From the IMG/VR virus record IMGVR_UViG_3300025138_009100, positions 8,369-72,368 of that record: 64,000 nt of DNA, one strand, 5' to 3'. This stretch comes from a virus. The notes beneath the pieces are model-generated. The model was not told the origin of the DNA. It saw only the letters and a list, made by a program, of their open reading frames with translations, and did not search any database. This document shows positions 30,005 through 39,080 of this stretch, piece after piece (within the stretch, counting starts at the first letter, position 1; each line of letters starts with the position of its first letter). A program made the position numbers and the translations under genes.

Positions 30005-30816
30005 TTTCTTAAACTTTCTTTTTTCATCCTTTCGCTTCCTAATATTTTTCTTTCGCTGGGTGGATTTTTTAAACTTAGTTCTATATCCCTTGTACCCTTT
30101 ACTAATTTTATTAACCCTTGAGGTTCTACAGATGCTAGTTGATCGCTACCCCACATAGTCCTATCTATTGTTATGTGTCTTTCTATCCATTCCGCGCCAA
30201 TTGCAACTGCTGCAAAAGTTGTACATAGTCCATATTCATGACCACTATAACCAATCTGTTTTGTTGGATACTTATCTTTTAACCATTTTATGTAATTTAG
30301 ATTTAGTTCATCTATTGGTGATGGGTAAGTTGAGTTTGTGTGGAATATTATATCTGGATTACAGTGAGCTATACACTTTACTATTTCTTGTTCTTCACTC
30401 ATACCCGTAGATACCATTAAAGTTTTAAATTTCTCTCTAGCGTACTTACATAATTCTAAATCTGTAATTAATGCTGATGGTATTTTTGCAACTTCTGTGT
30501 ACTCTGACATGAAATCTACAGAGTCAATATCCCAAACAGAAGCAAAGGTTTTAATCTTATCGTCACAGTATGAAAATATTTCATCATACTCCTTTTTTCC
30601 AAATTCTATCTTGTGCTTATATTCAATATATGTCATATCACCCCAAGGTGTAGACTTGTTTTTTAGTTTTTGCTTTTCTGGAACGCAGATGTCAGGATTT
30701 CTTTTTTGAAATTTTACATATTCACAACCAGCAAGCACAGCAGAATCAATTAATTTTTTTGCGGTTTGTAGGCAACCGTTGTGGTTTATACCTATCTCAG
30801 CAATTATATTAGTCAT
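30001..30816 (-). CDS. neuB: N-acetylneuraminate/nonulosonate synthase family, lacking C-terminal SAF domain
   Basis: IIAEIGINHNG, VKFQKR, KIPSA, VSTGMS, HTNSTYP, GYSGHE, IERHITIDR.MWGSDQ. Confidence 0.92.
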   Translation of the reverse strand: MTNIIAEIGINHNGCLQTAKKLIDSAVLAGCEYVKFQKRNPDICVPEKQKLKNKSTPWGDMTYIEYKHKIEFGKKEYDEIFSYCDDKIKTFASVWDIDSVDFMSEYTEVAKIPSALITDLELCKYAREKFKTLMVSTGMSEEQEIVKCIAHCNPDIIFHTNSTYPSPIDELNLNYIKWLKDKYPTKQIGYSGHEYGLCTTFAAVAIGAEWIERHITIDRTMWGSDQLASVEPQGLIKLVKGTRDIELSLKNPPSERKILGSERMKKESLRK

Positions 30817-31429
30817 TTAATTTTTCCAAATCTGACGGGGTATCTATATCTAATGTTTTTGTTATAGGGAAGTATATGGTATCTTCGTTGTATATATTTG
30901 AGTTAAGATTGTGTATTTCTTCATGATTAAAAATGGCTATTTTATGACAAATTTTAAAACACTTGGGATAGTCTTGCCTTCTACACAAATTGTGTTTTAC
31001 AATCTGCTTACCCCTAAAATTTTTATCTTCGTAAAGACATAGATATGGGTGTACTTCCACTTCTTCTTTACATAGAAGCGATCTAGCCCTGTGTTTATGG
31101 TAAAATACTTGCGCCCTTTCTACTTCTTGCCAAGTTCTCTGAGGATATGTTAAGTATAACATACAAATATCCCCCATCAAGCATAAATCGCTAATTACTT
31201 CTAAGATAAAGTCTTTTGTGGACGCTTGATCGCTAGAGGTAAATTCACTTCTAACATGAACTTTAAATCCATGCTCTTTTGCTAGATCAATTATATGGCT
31301 ATCATTAGTCGATACTATTGTATTTTGGTGTTCGCTTTTAGGAATAGTCTTTGCCGTATAGCCAAATAGCCTCCTGTTTTTAAGAGGAATTCCTTTAGAA
31401 TCTTTTCTCGCCGGTATAATTATTTTCAT
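30809..31429 (-). CDS. neuA: CMP-nonulosonate (acylneuraminate) cytidylyltransferase
   Basis: IIIPARKDSKGIPLKN, IVSTND, RRQDYP, LDIDTPSDL. Confidence 0.85.
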   Translation of the reverse strand: MKIIIPARKDSKGIPLKNRRLFGYTAKTIPKSEHQNTIVSTNDSHIIDLAKEHGFKVHVRSEFTSSDQASTKDFILEVISDLCLMGDICMLYLTYPQRTWQEVERAQVFYHKHRARSLLCKEEVEVHPYLCLYEDKNFRGKQIVKHNLCRRQDYPKCFKICHKIAIFNHEEIHNLNSNIYNEDTIYFPITKTLDIDTPSDLEKLND

Positions 31430-32175
31430 AATGGCCTACTATGTATATAAATTGCCAACCTTTCTTTGCCTTTTTCCTCTATTAGTCCTCCGCCGTGATA
31501 CATATCTGTGTCTACAACGCAAAGGTCTCTCGGAGTACACTCCATATAAACAACCTCGTTTTCGTTTCTTGTCACTAATTCTGCACATTGTTTTTTAAAT
31601 TCTTGCATGGTGTGCGCCACACCCCCATTTAAACCTGCTGGATTTTTAGACATAAACTTTATCCTTATATTTGCGCCTTCTTGCCTTGAGCCGGGAATGA
31701 CCCTCAATGCGCCGTTTGATTTACTTGCCCCACTAGGGAAAAATGCTATTTTTAAAGCTGCATAAGGATCTACATGAAGTCTACTATGTCTACCCAAGTC
31801 TTTGTCTTTAACAACTTTGTTTTCATATGTACAAAAGGTTTGTAAAAATTTTTGACATCTTCCAGAGTAATATGTATCTATCACACTGTTTAGAAACGGG
31901 TCATAAAATATATTTTTAACCAGATAAGGAAAAGCGTTGTAGCTTTGTGGATATAATGCCATAGCCTTACCTTGGTTAAATTCTTCTTGTTCTTTTCTGT
32001 CTCCTAAAAACATAACTCTTTTATTATCTTCTATATCACTATAAAATTCTAATTGCTCATCTTTTAGGTCTTTTGCTTGATTTTCTGTAAACCAGTTCTT
32101 TATTATACATAATCCCTGATCCCTAACGGTTTGTACAACAGTGGTTAAGTCTATGTCTTCTTTTTCAAATATCAT
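31426..32175 (-). CDS. PhyH-like 2OG-Fe(II) dioxygenase
   Basis: LHVD (HxD), NGALRVIPGS, YHGGG, ERLAI. Confidence 0.8.
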   Translation of the reverse strand: MIFEKEDIDLTTVVQTVRDQGLCIIKNWFTENQAKDLKDEQLEFYSDIEDNKRVMFLGDRKEQEEFNQGKAMALYPQSYNAFPYLVKNIFYDPFLNSVIDTYYSGRCQKFLQTFCTYENKVVKDKDLGRHSRLHVDPYAALKIAFFPSGASKSNGALRVIPGSRQEGANIRIKFMSKNPAGLNGGVAHTMQEFKKQCAELVTRNENEVVYMECTPRDLCVVDTDMYHGGGLIEEKGKERLAIYIHSRPL

Positions 32176-32852
32176 AAGTACCTCTCTGCTATTTCTAGTG
32201 ATTCTTTTGTTGCTTCAATTGTATTGCCTATTTTTAAAGGCTGTTCATCAAGTATATCGCAGAACGTTGCATCTACTAATCCTAAGTTATGCATTTTAAT
32301 AATTAAATCACACTCTAGATCATCTTTGTGACATTGATTTACTTTCTCAATAGCTTTAGTATTAAACGCATGTTTTCCTAGACTAGATGGGTTTAAAGAA
32401 TAACCAACTAGAAAAGGCTTAATGTTTTCTGAGACAAGCTTGAAAGCAAAAGATAATCCAGTTTTCAGTAACGTCTGCTCTTTCCTAAATGGATGGTCTA
32501 TGTTATGTTTTTGTAAAATTGATTGCATCAATCCTGTATTATTGTCTAAAAAGTGGACAACTTGAGGTTTCTGATTTTTCATATAATCTAAAAATTTTAT
32601 TATATGCGCTTCCGATAAACCGTATTCTTCACAATAAATATCAAACCATTCTTGATTGCTGATTTTTTCGTTATAGAATTTGTTTATGTGAGAGTTTATA
32701 ACCTGAATGCTAGAAGTTTTTTTTCCATAACCTGAATCTGGAATAAGCATATTGTGCCGTATTATAAAATCAAAACTGTCTACAAGTCTATCTAGATTTA
32801 AATTATCATACTTTCTTGATCCACAACAAATAAATGAGTTATTTCTTCCCAT
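32172..32852 (-). CDS. GT29-like (sialyltransferase-like) glycosyltransferase
   Basis: Sialylmotif-L-like ICCGS...VDSFDFIIRHN...GYGKKTS; S-like KTGL...PFLVGYS; III-like KHAF; VS-like HKDDLE (Hx4E)..MHNLGLV; next to neuA/neuB. Confidence 0.65.
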   Translation of the reverse strand: MGRNNSFICCGSRKYDNLNLDRLVDSFDFIIRHNMLIPDSGYGKKTSSIQVINSHINKFYNEKISNQEWFDIYCEEYGLSEAHIIKFLDYMKNQKPQVVHFLDNNTGLMQSILQKHNIDHPFRKEQTLLKTGLSFAFKLVSENIKPFLVGYSLNPSSLGKHAFNTKAIEKVNQCHKDDLECDLIIKMHNLGLVDATFCDILDEQPLKIGNTIEATKESLEIAERYL

Positions 32853-32861
32853 TTCGTTTTC

Positions 32862-33746
32862 CTAGTATTTATTTAATTGATTTGTAAATTTATATTTTAA
32901 TTCGTTAATATTGTCTTGTATGCTTTTAGGATGTTTGCCTTCAAACTTGTCCGTAAAACATTCGCCTCTCACATTTGGCTTGAATTCATGAACTCCCATC
33001 CACCTTTTCTCTATTTCTAATCTTTTATCGTCATCGCCTTTCACCCAAGGTAAATAAATCTGATCATAATAATTATCAATACAAAGTTCTTTAGAGACAC
33101 TATCTTTGTAATATGAAACTTTTTTGTGGACCTGATACGGAAAGACATAAGAGTAATGATACATTTGCGCTCCCGTCATATTATATAAAGTGTTGCTATC
33201 TACGTGCTTTCTTGGTATATCAGGATTATATTTCATTGTTGGCGGGCGATGTGTGAGCCAAGTAGATCCCGGCTGGTACTTAAATATTCTTAAAAAGTTA
33301 TCACGATTTAATTCAAATCCAGTTAAGTAATGATCTAATCCACCGTAAAATGAGCAGCTTCTAACACCTACACTTGTGGGTCCATACTCTTCCAAGAAAG
33401 AAATTATATTTTCTAAATCTTTTGATTTGTAAACTTCGTCAGAATCTAGATTCCACAAATAATCTGTATCGTCATCAATAAATTTCATATACGCTTTACA
33501 TTGGTCGTCTTTTTCCGAATATTGACCGTGTGTAATTTTTATTTTATTTTCTGGGTCTGGAAAACTATCTAGTATTTCATTGGTTTTGTCTGTAGAAGTT
33601 ATTCTACCCTGCCTCTGCCAATAATCAACTGGCCCTTCTGCTATAAGTATCTGATGCGCAAAGGGGTATACTTGCTCTAAACACTCTTTTAAAACATAGT
33701 CGCCTTCAAATACTATCATGCCAAATGTTATTTTTAAATCAGACAA
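32862..33746 (-). CDS. GT-A (GT2-like) glycosyltransferase
   Basis: ITFGMIVF, ILIAEG, STDKT, WNLDSDE (DxD), MYHYSY. Confidence 0.75.
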   Translation of the reverse strand: MSDLKITFGMIVFEGDYVLKECLEQVYPFAHQILIAEGPVDYWQRQGRITSTDKTNEILDSFPDPENKIKITHGQYSEKDDQCKAYMKFIDDDTDYLWNLDSDEVYKSKDLENIISFLEEYGPTSVGVRSCSFYGGLDHYLTGFELNRDNFLRIFKYQPGSTWLTHRPPTMKYNPDIPRKHVDSNTLYNMTGAQMYHYSYVFPYQVHKKVSYYKDSVSKELCIDNYYDQIYLPWVKGDDDKRLEIEKRWMGVHEFKPNVRGECFTDKFEGKHPKSIQDNINELKYKFTNQLNKY

Positions 33747-34638
33747 ATTTATATAGCTCCTTTTTAATAGGCTGCCAGTTTAGATTTTTCCTAAGTTTAG
33801 AAGAATTAATCGAATATCTCCAGTCTTGTCCCATTCTATTTTCTGTAAATTCTATGTGATCGCTTGCATTATCTATACCCTTCCACTCGCAAACGTTTGT
33901 TACTATATCTAAGTTTGTCATATAGTTATATGCTGATACATTCCAAATTTCATTTTCTAGTTCAGTAAAGCAAATCTTATATATCGCATCTACGTTATCT
34001 TTGACGTAAAGCCAGTCTCTTACATAGCTTCCGTCTCCATGCAGTGGTATCTTTTGTCCTGTATCTAAGCTATGGAGTATCTTGGGGATTAGCTTCTCTG
34101 GGTATTGTCTGAGACCGTAATTATTTGTACTTCTAACAATCTGGTAATTCACGCCAAACGTTCTAGCATAAGCAAAAATAAGCATCTCTGCTGCTGCTTT
34201 CGTTGCGGAGTATGGATTACTAGGATCTAGTATACTTTCTTCTGTTTTATCTTCTTCGTTTAGGTTTACGTCGCCGTACACTTCGTCTGTGCTTATATGA
34301 ACAAACTTAGGCTTCTGATACACCTTAGCTCTAAGGAGGCTTAGAATGTTAAATACGCCCTCTACGTTTGATTTTAGAAATACCTTGGGCGCTTCTATTG
34401 AATTATCTACGTGAGACTCTGCTGCGAAGTTTACAAACACATCGCAGACTGGTATATGTGTTAGGTCACATATGTCTTCTTTGATATGTGTATATTTTGG
34501 GTTATCATCCCAAGGTAAAGTTTTATTCGATGCGTAGGTCATCTTGTCTATATCAACGACTTCGTGACCTTCACTTAGTACCTTCTCAACAAAATGGCTG
34601 CCGATAAACCCCCTACCCCCTGTTACCACAAAGATCAT
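33739..34638 (-). CDS. rmlB: dTDP-glucose 4,6-dehydratase
   Basis: VTGGRGFIGS, NFAAESHVDNSI, HISTDEVYG, PSNPYSATKAA, NNYG..QYPEKLIP, VRDWLYVKD. Confidence 0.93.
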   Translation of the reverse strand: MIFVVTGGRGFIGSHFVEKVLSEGHEVVDIDKMTYASNKTLPWDDNPKYTHIKEDICDLTHIPVCDVFVNFAAESHVDNSIEAPKVFLKSNVEGVFNILSLLRAKVYQKPKFVHISTDEVYGDVNLNEEDKTEESILDPSNPYSATKAAAEMLIFAYARTFGVNYQIVRSTNNYGLRQYPEKLIPKILHSLDTGQKIPLHGDGSYVRDWLYVKDNVDAIYKICFTELENEIWNVSAYNYMTNLDIVTNVCEWKGIDNASDHIEFTENRMGQDWRYSINSSKLRKNLNWQPIKKELYKFV

Positions 34639-35519
34639 TTAATACCCTCCAGATTATATTTCTTGTATGTGTTCTTTATTTGATTAAAATAATCATCGTA
34701 TATAAATTTTAAATTCTCGTCTTCTTCGTATAGCTTCATTGGCGTAAAGCAGTGGTGTGTAGTAGACGGCATGTAGTTATTTTCTTCTACCGAATACTCA
34801 AACTGCGAAAAATGACTAAACACTAATTTTTCTACCTTCCCGTTCCAATTAATTGTACCGTTTTTTTGGTAGTTACTAAAATCATAAAGTTGCCATTCCC
34901 AAGGAGATCCATGCCCAACGGTTCCGTCTATGAATAAATTTTTAGGGTCAATTTCTAAAAAGGCATCTAAGTATCTCTGATCTCCGCAGGTCGCTAACTC
35001 AGGATATTTTTGATACAAAACTGCATCCTTCCACCAAAAAAGATATTTCTTTGCTAATTCTGAATTTTTAAAATGAACAACACCGACGTTAAATCTTCCG
35101 TTTGGGTTAGGTATGTTAATCGGATATTGTCTATGCCTAAAAATTCCAATGTCTTTTTTTTCTATTTCGTCTAATAAAATCTTTATACTTTGATGAAAAT
35201 AAATATCACTATCTATATATGTAACAGTGTCTTGTATCTTGTTTACTAGAAAATTTGTAAAGTATGAAGCTAGCGACCAACAAAAATATCTATAGTCTTT
35301 ATTTTTTAAATTTAAGAGCGCGGTATCATTTTCTAGAAATTGACTTATATTGTAGGGAATTATTCTTTTGTTTTCTAGGCTTTTGAGTTTTGTATATGTT
35401 TCATTGTCTGCGCACAAATAGTGCATATTAAAATCATCGTCAAATCTTTCTAGAGAATCATATAATGTTAGCCCTCTAGACAAAAATTTAAAATCAGACC
35501 CACAGCATAAATTAATCAT
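34635..35519 (-). CDS. GT-A fold glycosyltransferase
   Basis: VTYIDSDIYF, GRFNVG, WWKDA, GDQRYLD, FSHFS; start MINLCC at 35519 (ATGA overlap). Confidence 0.75.
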   Translation of the reverse strand: MINLCCGSDFKFLSRGLTLYDSLERFDDDFNMHYLCADNETYTKLKSLENKRIIPYNISQFLENDTALLNLKNKDYRYFCWSLASYFTNFLVNKIQDTVTYIDSDIYFHQSIKILLDEIEKKDIGIFRHRQYPINIPNPNGRFNVGVVHFKNSELAKKYLFWWKDAVLYQKYPELATCGDQRYLDAFLEIDPKNLFIDGTVGHGSPWEWQLYDFSNYQKNGTINWNGKVEKLVFSHFSQFEYSVEENNYMPSTTHHCFTPMKLYEEDENLKFIYDDYFNQIKNTYKKYNLEGIK

Positions 35520-36160
35520 TTTCTTACCTTTAAATAGAGTCCATCGCCCCAAGTCCCACCGTCCTGCTGCCAGTACGTAGCGATTCTTTGAAAGTCTCTT
35601 TCAAATAAGTATTGGTCCATGTCCTCAACTAAAACACAGTTTTCGTACATTTCTTCTTTGTTTATCTCTGTTAATATCAAATCTACATGCTTTAGTGTTT
35701 CTTCTGCGCCTTTAAAAACCTCTAGCTCGTAGCCCTGAACGTCTATATTTATAAAATTATATTTTTCTCTGTCAAATTCTTCGTCGTCTAGTTTTGCTAT
35801 TTTAACGGTTTCTGTTTTGTCGAATTTGATCTGTGGGTACTGCTCAAGATGATATTTTGGTTTTAGCACAGAAGATGACAATCCTCTATCCTCCAAGTGC
35901 ATTTCGACGGTTCCATTTTTATTACCAAGCGCTATATTCCTAGCGTCTACAAGAAAGTCTGTTCCTATGGTTTTTTTTAGTTTTTCAAAATTGTCGGGCA
36001 ACGCCTCGTAAAAAAGAAGGTTATCTATGCCGAAGTGCTTGTAAAGCGGGTATTCTTGACCTTCATGCGCTCCAATATGTATACAGCCTTCTATTATTAA
36101 ATCTATACCTTGGTTTTTCATGTGACCCATCAAGCTGGGTAGCTGTTGTAATATTTCCAC
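35516..36160 (-). CDS. FkbM-family methyltransferase
   Basis: IHIGAHEGQE, YEAL, INIDVQGYELEVFKG, WGDGLY. Confidence 0.88.
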   Translation of the reverse strand: MEILQQLPSLMGHMKNQGIDLIIEGCIHIGAHEGQEYPLYKHFGIDNLLFYEALPDNFEKLKKTIGTDFLVDARNIALGNKNGTVEMHLEDRGLSSSVLKPKYHLEQYPQIKFDKTETVKIAKLDDEEFDREKYNFINIDVQGYELEVFKGAEETLKHVDLILTEINKEEMYENCVLVEDMDQYLFERDFQRIATYWQQDGGTWGDGLYLKVRK

Positions 36161-36168
36161 GTTTTCTC

Positions 36169-36870
36169 CTAATCGCTTGTTATTCTTTGTTTTGGGAATC
36201 CTAATTCTTTTCTTTTATTGAAAACCATCTGATCTCTACCGGAATAATATAAAGTTTTTTGAGTAGCATTGTCGTGCTGAAGGCTTTCCATAAGGCTATA
36301 ATGCTCATGCGTAATAATCACCTTATCAATATACTTCTCTTTACTCAACCTCTTTACCTCTTGTGTAAATTCATCATCACAATATAAACTCTTGTAGTCG
36401 GGGTGATACACGTAACCAAAATGCTCATATAATTTTCGACCCAGAATAGAAAAAGTAATAAGCTTCCCCTCAGTGTTCCCATCGTTGAAATGAACACACC
36501 CGTCTAGGTCTGGGAAATGTTCCTTCATGGCGATAGCGATTTCGTTGTCCCAACTGTGAGCCTTTGGTATCATGTCGTCAGAGGCGCAAATCACGATATC
36601 AAAGTCTCTACCTTCAATGTGGTCGTTGATAGCACTGATCTTATCTGTGTCTTTATCAAAGTTTACAATACCTCTTATCCAAGATTTACGCATCAAAAGT
36701 TTAGTTATTTGGTTCTGCACATGAGAGTCTGTCATCGTCAAATCATCCGAGTCACAATTAATATTAAAAAATATCTCATGCTTCTCTCCACAGGTATCAA
36801 TATACTGCTTTAGTACGTCAAGGAACTTTTGTGGTCTACTGTATGTGGGGAATTGTATTAATAACTTCAT
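36169..36870 (-). CDS. GT-A (GT2-like) glycosyltransferase
   Basis: FPTYSRP, KISAIN, ICASDDMIP, YKSLYCDDEFT, ITHEH. Confidence 0.7.
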   Translation of the reverse strand: MKLLIQFPTYSRPQKFLDVLKQYIDTCGEKHEIFFNINCDSDDLTMTDSHVQNQITKLLMRKSWIRGIVNFDKDTDKISAINDHIEGRDFDIVICASDDMIPKAHSWDNEIAIAMKEHFPDLDGCVHFNDGNTEGKLITFSILGRKLYEHFGYVYHPDYKSLYCDDEFTQEVKRLSKEKYIDKVIITHEHYSLMESLQHDNATQKTLYYSGRDQMVFNKRKELGFPKQRITSD

Positions 36871-37742
36871 AATTGTTTTACCGATTCTAGTAGTGTTTTT
36901 GAAACCTCTTCTTCTCCTAGCTCTAGTGCTAGCTTCGCCGCCCTGTTAAAACAACTGTGATGTTTTTTTATCTGCTGTTTTATATTATCTATATTTGGTG
37001 TGTCTTCTTCTTCGTAAAACAGTGTTGCTAAAACTTGATTGAAAAGTTCTTTCTGTTCTTCTGGAACTCTTACTGTCAATTTCTTTGCTTTTACAAACCC
37101 GTCAAAGAATACTTGAGAACATGTAAAGTTTACATCGCCTACAACAACAACTTCTTCGTATTTTTCGTACAGTGAGTCCATATTAAGGACGTTAGCCTGT
37201 AAGTCAAAATTAAGATCTGGGTTATCTGCCATTATGATTTTGTGATATGTTTTATACATAGAACACGCTTCTGTGAATTTATCGCAAACCTTGTTGGAGA
37301 CGACTGCTGCTTCTATATTATAGTCTGGAGTAGGTGTTGCTATAGCAAAAATATCGTAACAAGGCAAAAGATTTACAATCTTTTTATCTGTTTTAAGATT
37401 TGATAAAAATTTATAATCTTGTGATACAAAAAAGGGACAATCTATATCCTGATTCTTAACCATTGCTTCTAGATTATTTAATATATTCTGATCTATACCA
37501 GTAATATCTACGACGAGTTTAACCTGTTTGTTCTGGGAGATATATGCAATTAAATCTTGATGCATAGTTTGAAAGCTTGTCAGTACTAAGTCTGGTTTTT
37601 CTGAGTCTAGCTTGTCGTATACACTGGTGGGTTCATTTAAATTCCAAAGCTTAGAATCTAAACCTACCCTAGAAAGGCATTCGTTTAAATACATAGGCTG
37701 ACTAGAACATGAGTTTGAGTAATTCTGAATTAATAGTTTCAT
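36867..37742 (-). CDS. Degenerate GT-B/CgeB-like protein
   Basis: EKPDLVL at the N-terminus and IKKHHSCFNRAAKL at the C-terminus resemble CgeB/GT-B proteins; no EX7E or FE motif. Confidence 0.4.
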   Translation of the reverse strand: MKLLIQNYSNSCSSQPMYLNECLSRVGLDSKLWNLNEPTSVYDKLDSEKPDLVLTSFQTMHQDLIAYISQNKQVKLVVDITGIDQNILNNLEAMVKNQDIDCPFFVSQDYKFLSNLKTDKKIVNLLPCYDIFAIATPTPDYNIEAAVVSNKVCDKFTEACSMYKTYHKIIMADNPDLNFDLQANVLNMDSLYEKYEEVVVVGDVNFTCSQVFFDGFVKAKKLTVRVPEEQKELFNQVLATLFYEEEDTPNIDNIKQQIKKHHSCFNRAAKLALELGEEEVSKTLLESVKQL

Positions 37743-38482
37743 TTTTTAATTCTCTTTAGGGTTTTTATATCGTTTAGTTTCGTTACTTTTTGTTTTCCAA
37801 CATCTGTTACTGAGACGGTATCGTTTTTCAAAAGTTCGTTAATCGCTTCAAACATAAATTTATTTTTAAAGTCTGGATCAGATACTATCGAGTAAAACCG
37901 ATCAACTACATCTTGTCCGTTTAAGTATAAAGTCTCTGTCCAAAAGTCTGTTTTTTCACCCAAACAAAAAGACTGTAGCTTTTTATTGTTTACAATTGCT
38001 GAGACAAAAAATTCTGATTTAAAATTTTCTTGCTGTACGTTTATGGAGGTTCTTTTATAATTAATAGCAGCGAGGTACGAGGGTGTTAAAAGTATGTTTC
38101 CTGAGCATATTAAAATTTTTGTATTCATCGTATTATTCAGGCATAGTCTCGCGCTTTCACAACAGTTTGAATTGTAATGTAGTTGATTTTCTACAATTCT
38201 TATATTCTCTTTCTTAAAATTAGCTTTTACGTATTCCGTTGTTTTCTGCGCATCAAAACCAGAACATAGTATTATTTCGTACTTTGGAAACACTGCCTTT
38301 ATTGCATCTATTTGCTTGTGTAGCAGTGTCTTGGTGTCTACTTTTATTAAGGGTATAGGTCCGTAGGACTTCATTCTGTGACCATGATTCTCTCCAAGTA
38401 AAATCACTGTTACAGAATCTTTTATATTATTTTCTTTGTATTCAGATTCTTTAGCTGATACAATGTATTTATCATTTCTCAT
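37739..38482 (-). CDS. Nucleotidyltransferase-fold (LicC/MobA-like) protein with degenerate active site
   Basis: VILLGENHGHRMKSYGPIPLIKV, ILCSGF, VENQLHYNSNCCES, ICSGNIL (N where GD is expected). Confidence 0.6.
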   Translation of the reverse strand: MRNDKYIVSAKESEYKENNIKDSVTVILLGENHGHRMKSYGPIPLIKVDTKTLLHKQIDAIKAVFPKYEIILCSGFDAQKTTEYVKANFKKENIRIVENQLHYNSNCCESARLCLNNTMNTKILICSGNILLTPSYLAAINYKRTSINVQQENFKSEFFVSAIVNNKKLQSFCLGEKTDFWTETLYLNGQDVVDRFYSIVSDPDFKNKFMFEAINELLKNDTVSVTDVGKQKVTKLNDIKTLKRIKK

Positions 38483-39080
38483 TTAATCTCAAATAATTAC
38501 TAGAGTCCGATTGATCAATCAAATATTGAGACATTTTATCATAGCTATTAAAGTATAAATAATTTTTTGAAACCATCCTACGGGGAATAGCCGTTACATC
38601 TCCTTGGCTAATAATCAAATCAATATTCTTTGACGCTTCATCAACTTCGTAGGAGCGATTTCCAGTTTTAGATATTCTAGGTTTATGATAACTATCACAC
38701 ACTCTATTAAAAAAATCTGGTTGAATTTTTTCGTCGTGGTTCATTTTTACCAAATAATTTGCATGAGAGCAAATTGAAAAGGCGTTATGATCTACGTCCT
38801 GTTCCTTTTCTAACTGATGATTCATAAGTAATCTAGTGTGTTTAAATTTTTCCAGTAAAACATTAGCATGGTGTACATAATTATTTAAGCTTTTTTCTGC
38901 TGATAGATATGAACATAAGATTATTTTTAATTTATCAGCAGGGTAGTTTATTTTTAATATAGACCCAATTGCTTGCTCTATTTGTGACTTCTCTTTAGAA
39001 TCAAATAAAACCAATCCAAACAATAACTTTTTATTGGACTGCGGCTCGTCTTTCTGCTGTGACTTCATAAACGACTCCAT
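38472..39080 (-). CDS. Degenerate GT2-like protein
   Basis: IEQAIGSILKINYPADKLKIIL is typical of a GT2 N-terminus; DxD position reads KMNHDE. Confidence 0.45.
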   Translation of the reverse strand: MESFMKSQQKDEPQSNKKLLFGLVLFDSKEKSQIEQAIGSILKINYPADKLKIILCSYLSAEKSLNNYVHHANVLLEKFKHTRLLMNHQLEKEQDVDHNAFSICSHANYLVKMNHDEKIQPDFFNRVCDSYHKPRISKTGNRSYEVDEASKNIDLIISQGDVTAIPRRMVSKNYLYFNSYDKMSQYLIDQSDSSNYLRLNEK

